From: Clostridia bacterium
GTDB lineage: Bacteria; Bacillota; Clostridia; JAAYHZ01
Direction: 5' to 3'
NCBI GenBank assembly: GCA_050950825.1
Contig: JBMNIH010000004.1
Span: 192,001-256,000, forward strand
Length of the DNA stretch: 64,000 nucleotides
Under the pieces are notes generated by a model. That model was given only the letters and a program-made list of their open reading frames with translations. It had not been told where the DNA came from and ran no database searches. Shown here in pieces: positions 1 to 6,588 of this stretch (position 1 is the first letter of the stretch; each line of letters starts with the position of its first letter). The position numbers were made by a program, and so were the translations under genes.

Positions 1-106
1 GTGCAAAGACTTTGGCGGTATTTTTATGCACACCCTTTATTTTGGCTCTTGCCTATGGTATGATAAATTCAGGGTAGCATTTAAAGTGAAAGGATGGATA
101 CAATCA

Positions 107-661
107 ATGCCGAATCAGATAAAAGAAATCGCCGCCAGATTAAGAGAATTAAGAGACATTGCCGGCATATCAATTGAAGAGTTGGCAAAAGAATTTAACG
201 TTCCGGTTGAAACGTATAAAGAATATGAAAGCGGAGAGGTGGATATACCGGTAGGGATACTGTATCGGGCAGCCGGATTATTTAACGTCGAGCTGACGGT
301 TCTGCTTACCGGACAAGATCCTAAGCTGCATACCTATACGTTGGTTCGAAAAGGAAAGGGCGTCAATGTAGAACGCAGGAAAGCCTATAAATACCAAAGC
401 CTTGCGTATAACTTCATCCGTAAAAAAGCCGAACCGTTTTTAGTAACGGTAGAACCCGACCCGGCGAACAAGCCGGTGGAATTTAACAGCCATCCCGGTC
501 AAGAATTTAACTATTTGTTGGAAGGACGCATGATGATCTATCTGGACGGTTATGAGCTGGAATTGAACGAAGGAGATTCCTTGTACTTTGATTCCACGGT
601 ACCTCACGGTATGAAGGCTCTTGACGGCAAACCGGCAAAATTCTTAGCGATCATATTTTAA
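107..661 (+). CDS. XRE-family HTH transcriptional regulator with C-terminal cupin domain
   Basis: N-terminal HTH (IAARLRELRDIAGISIEELA) plus cupin motif HPGQEFNYLLEG...GDSLYFDSTVPHG; ATG at 107 follows an AAAGGA RBS. Confidence 0.9.
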   Translation: MPNQIKEIAARLRELRDIAGISIEELAKEFNVPVETYKEYESGEVDIPVGILYRAAGLFNVELTVLLTGQDPKLHTYTLVRKGKGVNVERRKAYKYQSLAYNFIRKKAEPFLVTVEPDPANKPVEFNSHPGQEFNYLLEGRMMIYLDGYELELNEGDSLYFDSTVPHGMKALDGKPAKFLAIIF

Positions 662-681
662 ATTCAAATAAATGTAAAATA

Positions 682-707
682 AAAGAGGGTTGGTTCCAAC
701 CCTCTTT
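682..707. terminator. Bidirectional intrinsic terminator between the convergent XRE genes
   Basis: AAAGAGGGTTGG-TT-CCAACCCTCTTT inverted repeat with A and T tracts. Confidence 0.8.
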
Positions 708-726
708 CTATATGGATGAATTTGAT

Positions 727-1248
727 TTATTTCAAATAATCGAAGATCTTTCCGTATCCGGATATGAAGTCTAGCATCGATTCTTGGTACGCCGGAAACC
801 AGCGGTCTTTTACGTAATTCTCTTTCTTATCCGCTACCAGCTTATTAAAGGTCCGAACCGTCTTTGTCAATAAATTGATCAAGTTGGAAAAGGCTTTTTC
901 GTCGATACGGCCTTTCTTGTAGTTATCGATACATTCAATCAATGCATCGTTTAACAACATCAGTTTATTCGGATCCGTCATTGCGACCTTGTCGAATTCC
1001 TTCATAAAAGCTTGTTGTTTGCTTGCCGATTCCGAAGCGGATTTATCACGAACGTTTGTCCTTCCTAAAAGGTAGTCTACGGACACGTCAAAGAAATCGG
1101 CGATTTTCAGCAATATCTCAAATGACGGTTGAGATTTGTTTTTTTCGTATTTATTCCAAGCGCCGTCCGTTACACCGATGGCAGCACCGGCTTTCTTCAT
1201 TGTAAGGTTTTTTTCCATTCGCAGCATGTATAATCTTTCACCAAACAT
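727..1248 (-). CDS. XRE-family HTH regulator with uncharacterised helical C-terminal domain
   Basis: MFGERLYMLRMEKNLTMKKAG...YEKNKSQPSFEILLKIADFFDVSVDYLLGR is a classic HTH_3; AAAGGAG RBS precedes ATG at 1248. Confidence 0.9.
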   Translation of the reverse strand: MFGERLYMLRMEKNLTMKKAGAAIGVTDGAWNKYEKNKSQPSFEILLKIADFFDVSVDYLLGRTNVRDKSASESASKQQAFMKEFDKVAMTDPNKLMLLNDALIECIDNYKKGRIDEKAFSNLINLLTKTVRTFNKLVADKKENYVKDRWFPAYQESMLDFISGYGKIFDYLK

Positions 1249-1281
1249 ACAAAAGTCTCCTTTCCAATTTTGACTTGGAAT

Positions 1282-1349
1282 AAAAAAGTCCGGTTGCATC
1301 TTATCACTCAAAAATCTCTTTTGAGTGATATTCAAGGATGCAACCGGAC
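1282..1349 (-). terminator. Riboswitch expression platform: long hairpin plus U-tract upstream of the XRE gene
   Basis: GTCCGGTTGCATC/GATGCAACCGGAC 13-bp stem with inner TATCACTCAAAA/TTTTGAGTGATA stem, followed on the minus strand by TTTTTT. Confidence 0.85.
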
Positions 1350-1420
1350 GATCATAATATCTTTCAATACCTTAGACTCCTGGCTTTGCGTCTCAACCTT
1401 TCGATTGATTTGCCAAATAT
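1338..1420 (-). ncRNA. Cyclic di-GMP-I (GEMM-I) riboswitch aptamer
   Basis: Minus strand reads GGCAAATCAATC-GAAA-GGTTGAGACGCAAAGCCAGGAGTCTAAGGTATT-GAAA-GATATTATGATCGTCCGGTTGC, with the GGCAAA, GNRA, GACGCAAAGC, CTAA and GTTGC consensus blocks. Confidence 0.9.
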
Positions 1421-1461
1421 ACAGTTTTTTAAGCTTTTATTACAATAGCTTTGTTGCTTTT

Positions 1462-1490
1462 AGAATAACAAGCTATTATCCTTTTGTCAA
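1462..1490 (-). promoter_or_regulatory. SigA-type promoter for the riboswitch-XRE transcript
   Basis: Minus strand TTGACA-17 bp-TATTCT. Confidence 0.7.
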
Positions 1491-1815
1491 TCACTTTTAC
1501 AAACCAAACGTCAATTTTTTTTATATGGTATACCGTTGGTTCATAAATATATCGAATAAAATGCTCAATTGCAAAAGTAAAATCTAGTTTGCAGAAGTAA
1601 GTTCTGTAGAAAAGTTAAAAAATACAATGCAGTTATGTTTTTAGTGCTTAAATAGTGGTAAAATTAAGGGGAAGTTAGGTATATAGGCTAAAGTTGGGTA
1701 TAGCAAACATAAGGTAGAATGAAGTCGCAGTTTTTCGCAATACTAAATTCTACCCCTCTAGGATGAGGTGATTAGATGATGTTGTATCTCGGCAAGCATT
1801 CGGTGTTACTGTTTT

Positions 1816-2007
1816 TTAGTAATCAATCGCCGAATCCGTTGGATTGAGAATTGATTGGATTTCGGCTAATTGGTTCTTCAGCAAATCCCGCTCTTCACGG
1901 AGCCGGTAGATGCTTTCCAATAGGTATTCAATGTATTCATCGGCTGAAAGAGGTATTGAGTTACCGTATTCATCAAAGAGAACATCATGATAAATCTTTT
2001 TCATCAT
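1816..2007 (-). CDS. Small accessory coiled-coil protein of IS30 copy 1
   Basis: GAGGTG RBS; overlaps the transposase stop; heptad-like LLESIYRLREERDLLKNQLAEIQSIL; present in both copies. Confidence 0.6.
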   Translation of the reverse strand: MMKKIYHDVLFDEYGNSIPLSADEYIEYLLESIYRLREERDLLKNQLAEIQSILNPTDSAIDY

Positions 2008-3313
2008 CAGACACCTCTTTCGATGACTTAAGCAAAGCCGGAGTGAGCGTAACCTCATCCGCCGGAATTTCCTTAAGACCTAATTTTTGGAGAACCATTT
2101 CTCCATAAAAGAAGCTGAATACAGCAATAGGGGGCTTGTCATTCAGCTTTTTTCTTATCAGTGAATTGATATGATTGGCCAAAAGATCAACAGAGCTTTG
2201 AGATAAACCATCAAAGGATGTTCCTCTAGGTAGAATCATGCGGATGTATTCGTGATTTCGTTCGATTTCCGCTTTTTGATGCGGAGAAGATTTTTCACAG
2301 TAAAATATTCTTGTTCGCAAGTTGCCAAAAGAATCATACTCGATGGCTGTCGGATTGGTGAACTCAGATCCGTTATCACTGAGTATGACCGGAAACAATC
2401 TCATAAAATCCTCTCTGCCGAGCAACCGGTCCAAGTAATTAAAAATATCGATGACCGATTGCGAAGTATTGTGATCTCTCAGGAAAATCAACATCAAGTC
2501 CGACCGAGTAAAGAATATCGTCAATAGAACTTTTCCACCTTTCTTTCCTTCGACCGTGTCCATCTGTACTACCGGAATATCAGGATGTTCTTCCATATAC
2601 TTTTGAAAGTCCTGATAGGTACGTCCGATACGACAACGTTTGTCTACTTTGAAAGTCAATTCGCGGCGTCGGGGTCGATATCTTACCTTTCGAGGCAGAT
2701 CAATATTACGAATGGACAGAACGCCTTGGTCGATCAGTTTGTAAATCGTTCGTTCACTGCACAGGATTTTATTGGCTTGAGATACACAAATATGATGGAT
2801 GGATTGCTTCTTTTTCACCAAAGGGGCGAGAAGTTCATCCATATACGCAAGCTCGTCTTCCGAAAAAGAAATACCCGTTCGGCTGTCGACCAAATTCTGC
2901 CGATAGCTGTCGTTGGCGGGGATAGCACGATAGAAATATTTGGACAATACACATATATCCTTTTGATTGCATCCGTTGCAGACATAAGGCGGCTTGGAAA
3001 GCTTCGGACAATGTTCTTCTTGGAAGTTGGAACATAACCTGTTGCACTTTTTGCAGAGTCTGCAAAATGATTTGCTGCAAGACATGTCGTCGCATAAGCC
3101 AAAGGTAGTGCAAGAGAATCTATGAATGCATCTATTAGGGGTACGTCCGCCGGAACCCGTAAATATCGGAACCCGATTTTTACGTATTTCTTTGGAAATT
3201 GTGGAAGGATCCTTGTCCAGATGGAGGGCTATCTGACGAAAAGAAAGCCCGTTATTCAAACCGGTATGTATGAAATTACGGTCGTCAAGGGTTAAATGTT
3301 TGTTATTTGGCAT
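1985..3313 (-). CDS. IS30-family DDE transposase with Cys-rich insertion
   Basis: HTH (SFRQIALHLDKDPSTISKEIRKN) and DDE motifs QMDTVEG / SDNGSEF / QKAEIERNHE; AAAGGAG RBS before ATG 3313. Confidence 0.93.
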   Translation of the reverse strand: MPNNKHLTLDDRNFIHTGLNNGLSFRQIALHLDKDPSTISKEIRKNRVPIFTGSGGRTPNRCIHRFSCTTFGLCDDMSCSKSFCRLCKKCNRLCSNFQEEHCPKLSKPPYVCNGCNQKDICVLSKYFYRAIPANDSYRQNLVDSRTGISFSEDELAYMDELLAPLVKKKQSIHHICVSQANKILCSERTIYKLIDQGVLSIRNIDLPRKVRYRPRRRELTFKVDKRCRIGRTYQDFQKYMEEHPDIPVVQMDTVEGKKGGKVLLTIFFTRSDLMLIFLRDHNTSQSVIDIFNYLDRLLGREDFMRLFPVILSDNGSEFTNPTAIEYDSFGNLRTRIFYCEKSSPHQKAEIERNHEYIRMILPRGTSFDGLSQSSVDLLANHINSLIRKKLNDKPPIAVFSFFYGEMVLQKLGLKEIPADEVTLTPALLKSSKEVSDDEKDLS

Positions 3314-3647
3314 GACTAGCGCTCCTTTCAAACACCGGCTTGCCGAGAAACAATAACACCACATAAATAAAATTATACTGTTGAATTCACAAGATGTAAG
3401 TACAGAAATGAAGATCTGTGGAATATAAAAAGTGTTTGTCTTATGGAGAATGTCAGTAAAGCTATCCAACCTTATGTCTATCGATAAATCAGGCAATAAA
3501 TCCGAGGACATGATAAAATGATATTTGTAAGGTTAATTTCTACATGTAGATTTGCAGGTTTAAGTTCTATAATTGTGGCACTAAGGGTAGAATTTAATTT
3601 TGCAATTCACATATCGAATAAAATCAAAAAAAATTTAATAAAAACAT

Positions 3648-3700
3648 TTGACTATGAACGATTAGTTATGATAATATTAAAATGAACTAGTAGTTCATAG
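3648..3700 (+). promoter_or_regulatory. SigA-type promoter with two operator-like sites
   Basis: TTGACT at 3648, TATGATAATAT -10 region; perfect palindrome ATGAACTA-G-TAGTTCAT at 3682-3698; related site CTATGAACGATTAGTT at 3652-3667. Confidence 0.7.
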
Positions 3701-3874
3701 AATATTGAGAATCGGGCTTAAGATTTAGGTACTGTTACGGGTCGTCACACCTTAATATAATTGCCTCCTATGTTTATATAAGGTGCAACAGTAAACCAAT
3801 GGAATACTCTTTGATAACCTGTGAAATAACCTGACAACTGTGCCTTGGGACGGGTAAACCCCGGTCCCTTTTTT
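3683..3874 (+). ncRNA. Putative ~190-nt small RNA with an anti-SD loop
   Basis: Promoter and terminator (GGGACGGG..CCCGGTCCCTTTTTT, 3847-3874) enclose no sizeable ORF; long hairpin 3730-3793 with loop TTGCCTCCTATGT. Confidence 0.6.
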
Positions 3875-3943
3875 GTCTATACACCCGGCATGTATATTTG
3901 CTATAATTTTTGGTATCAGCACGTGCAATGGAGGAAAAGGATC

Positions 3944-5701
3944 ATGAACGGAATCAATATGGATTTACCGAGACCGGAATATCCGAGACCGGATTTTGAA
4001 AGAAGCCTGTGGATGAATTTAAACGGAGCTTGGGACTTTTGTTTTGACGACGAAGATCGAGGAGAAAAAGAAGGCTGGTATAAAAAGCCCGTTGTGTTCG
4101 ACAAGAAAATCACGGTGCCTTTTTGCTACCAGAGCGAAATGAGCATGGTTCACGATACGAATATGCACGAGATTATGTGGTACCGCCGTACGATTACCCT
4201 GCCGGAAGCCTTTCGAGGCAAAAGAATTCTTTTGCATTTCGGTGCCGTCGATTACGAAGCGAAGGTTTGGGTGAACGGACAGCTTGTTTGCGTTCATCGG
4301 GGAGGCTATGTTCCCTTTAAGGTTGATATCACCGAGTTTGTAAAGAAAAAAGAAAATATTTTGACGGTGAAGGTTACGGACCGATTTGAGTGCGTACAAC
4401 CGAGAGGAAAACAGTATTGGAAGGAAAAACCGGACCGATGCTGGTATATTCCGACATCCGGGATCTGGCAGACCGTATGGCTGGAAGCGGTAGGAGAGGT
4501 ATTTATCGATCGAGTGAAATTTACACCGGATATTGACCGTAAAGACGTAAAAACGGAAATCTATTTGGATCGTTTCCCCTACGAGGCGGATTTGGAAATC
4601 GAGGTCAGCTATAAAGGAAAGCCTGTCAATCGATCCGTTCATCGACTGAAAGGCAGAATATCCGCCGTCACCCTCGATATACGGGAAGAAGACAATATCG
4701 ATGAAATTCACCATTGGACTCCGGATAGGCCGAACCTTTACGATGTGAATCTGAAATTGTGGAAGGACGGCATACTGTTGGATGAGGTAAAGAGTTATTT
4801 CGGTATGAGGAAAATATCCGTTCAAGGGGATATGATTCTTTTGAACAACCGCGTTTATTACCAAAGGCTGATATTGGACCAAGGCTATTGGAAGGAAAGC
4901 TTGCTAACGCCTCCTAGCGATGAGGCGATTCGAAAGGATATCGAATACACGAAGCGGATGGGCTTTAACGGCGCCAGAAAGCATCAAAAAATCGAAGATC
5001 CTCGGTATTACTACTGGGCGGATAAATTAGGGCTTTTGGTCTGGGGCGAGGTGCCCTCCGCTTACGATTTCAACGACGAAGAAGTGGATAATCTTTTATA
5101 TGAAACAAAAGAATTCATTAAAAGAGACTACAACCATCCTTGTATCGTAACCTGGGTTCCTCTAAACGAATCCTGGGGCGTACGAAACATTTATAGCGAC
5201 CAAAGGCAGCAGGAATTCGCCATAGCTTTGTACTTTACGATTCGTTCGCTGGATCAAACTCGCTTGATTAGCACAAACGACGGATGGGAGCAAATATACG
5301 GCGACATTTGTGCCGTGCACGACTACATGGCATCCGGTGAAGGTTTCCTGGTTAAATACGAGGATCGAGACGCCATCCTGAGCAAATCCGCCGGCAGCCG
5401 AATGATCTACTGCGAAGGAGAGGAGTACGACGGACAACCGGTTCTGATTACGGAATACGGCGGAATCGCCATGGAAACGGAAGAAGAGGGATGGGGATAC
5501 AACGGGAAGGTCAAAGACGAAAAAGAATTCTTAAGACGTTATGAAAGCATCACCAAAGCCATTATGAATACCCCGTATATTCGCGGATATTGCTATACGC
5601 AGCTGACGGACGTTTTCCAGGAAATAAACGGATTGCTTACGATGGACCGAAGATTCAAAGTGAATCCGGAAGAGATAAGAAGGATCAATCAAAACAGGTA
5701 A
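3944..5701 (+). CDS. Glycoside hydrolase family 2
   Basis: PRPEYPRP, LHFGAVDY, GFNGARKHQK, WVPLNESWG and ITEYGG motifs. Confidence 0.9.
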   Translation: MNGINMDLPRPEYPRPDFERSLWMNLNGAWDFCFDDEDRGEKEGWYKKPVVFDKKITVPFCYQSEMSMVHDTNMHEIMWYRRTITLPEAFRGKRILLHFGAVDYEAKVWVNGQLVCVHRGGYVPFKVDITEFVKKKENILTVKVTDRFECVQPRGKQYWKEKPDRCWYIPTSGIWQTVWLEAVGEVFIDRVKFTPDIDRKDVKTEIYLDRFPYEADLEIEVSYKGKPVNRSVHRLKGRISAVTLDIREEDNIDEIHHWTPDRPNLYDVNLKLWKDGILLDEVKSYFGMRKISVQGDMILLNNRVYYQRLILDQGYWKESLLTPPSDEAIRKDIEYTKRMGFNGARKHQKIEDPRYYYWADKLGLLVWGEVPSAYDFNDEEVDNLLYETKEFIKRDYNHPCIVTWVPLNESWGVRNIYSDQRQQEFAIALYFTIRSLDQTRLISTNDGWEQIYGDICAVHDYMASGEGFLVKYEDRDAILSKSAGSRMIYCEGEEYDGQPVLITEYGGIAMETEEEGWGYNGKVKDEKEFLRRYESITKAIMNTPYIRGYCYTQLTDVFQEINGLLTMDRRFKVNPEEIRRINQNR

Positions 5702-5847
5702 AACAAGGGTATTAATGAAAATGTTTTGTCCTTGTAACATAAAATTAACAAGAAAAATCGTAAAACCTCGATATCGTGATATACATTTGTCCGCGTGTGT
5801 GGTATACTGATTTAGAATACAAAATTTTACGCCAAGGAGTTGATAGA

Positions 5848-6492
5848 ATGAAGAGGTTGACGAGTATTGTTTTAGTGATAGCGCTCTTATTGCTATCTAC
5901 AGGAAGTGTACTGGCAGCATCCGTACCCGGCGCGGTTTATACGGATCAAACGGTAGATGAAATTAAAAGCATTTTGCAATCGGCACGCGTTAAGGACGTC
6001 AACTCCGATGACTGGTACGCTCCGGGTATCAGTGCGCTCATTCGTATCGGTCTAATTGCGCCTGACAGCAGCGGAAATATCAATCCGCAAGCTACCAACA
6101 ACGGGTTGGAAGCTGTTTCCATCGTTGCAAAAGCCGTAGGTATTGCAAACAGAAATGACTCGCCCGAGACGGCCTTTCAAAAGGCAAAAGAAGCCGGTAT
6201 TGTTGGCGACGGTATTACGATGCTTACCATAATGAGAAGAATTGACGTCGCTTATATGGTAGCGAAGGCGTTCAACTTGCCCTATATCTCCATTTACAAC
6301 AGGAACCTGTTCCCCTTTGCAGATTTCTTAGCATTTACTCCGGGGGAAAGAGGTATGGTTAAGGCGCTCACCGAAAGAGGAATCTTTACGGGTTATGCCA
6401 TCGGAGGCGGCAAGTATGAATTCCGTCCGAATAACACGATTACAAAGGCGGAGTTTGCAACCGTTGTTGCAAGACTAATGAACCTTATTTGA
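5848..6492 (+). CDS. Secreted S-layer homology (SLH) domain protein
   Basis: Signal peptide; KDVNSDDWY and GIFTGY..FRPNNTITKAEFATVVARL SLH motifs; AAGGAG RBS. Confidence 0.85.
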   Translation: MKRLTSIVLVIALLLLSTGSVLAASVPGAVYTDQTVDEIKSILQSARVKDVNSDDWYAPGISALIRIGLIAPDSSGNINPQATNNGLEAVSIVAKAVGIANRNDSPETAFQKAKEAGIVGDGITMLTIMRRIDVAYMVAKAFNLPYISIYNRNLFPFADFLAFTPGERGMVKALTERGIFTGYAIGGGKYEFRPNNTITKAEFATVVARLMNLI

Positions 6493-6532
6493 TGGCAATC
6501 AGCGTAAGTCAAATGATAAAAAACATAAGAAT

Positions 6533-6565
6533 AAAACCTGCTTGGTGATCCTAAGCAGGTTTTTT
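6533..6565 (+). terminator. Intrinsic terminator
   Basis: AAAACCTGCTT..AAGCAGGTTTTTT. Confidence 0.75.
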
Positions 6566-6588
6566 ACAATTGATAAGACGGAGGGAAC

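Larger units (their letters stand above)
1563..3611 (-). mobile_element. IS30-family insertion sequence, copy 1 (2049 bp)
   Basis: Matches 22737-24785; imperfect 24-bp terminal IRs; 13-bp direct repeat TATCGAATAAAAT at 1550-1562 and 3612-3624. Confidence 0.92.

Noticed and set aside
1776-1847. 23-aa plus-strand ORF with a GAGGTG RBS inside IS30
   Set aside because: Too short and unsupported by any recognisable motif
3314-3511. N-terminal extension of the IS30 transposase in the ORF track, and a target-like TATCGATAAATC in the leader (RNA-guide idea)
   Set aside because: The RBS marks ATG 3313 as the start; the target resemblance is gapped, AT-rich and does not explain the second target
3683-3874. 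6S RNA (similar length)
   Set aside because: No convincing end-to-end rod with a central bubble; an Rfam scan is needed to exclude it fully
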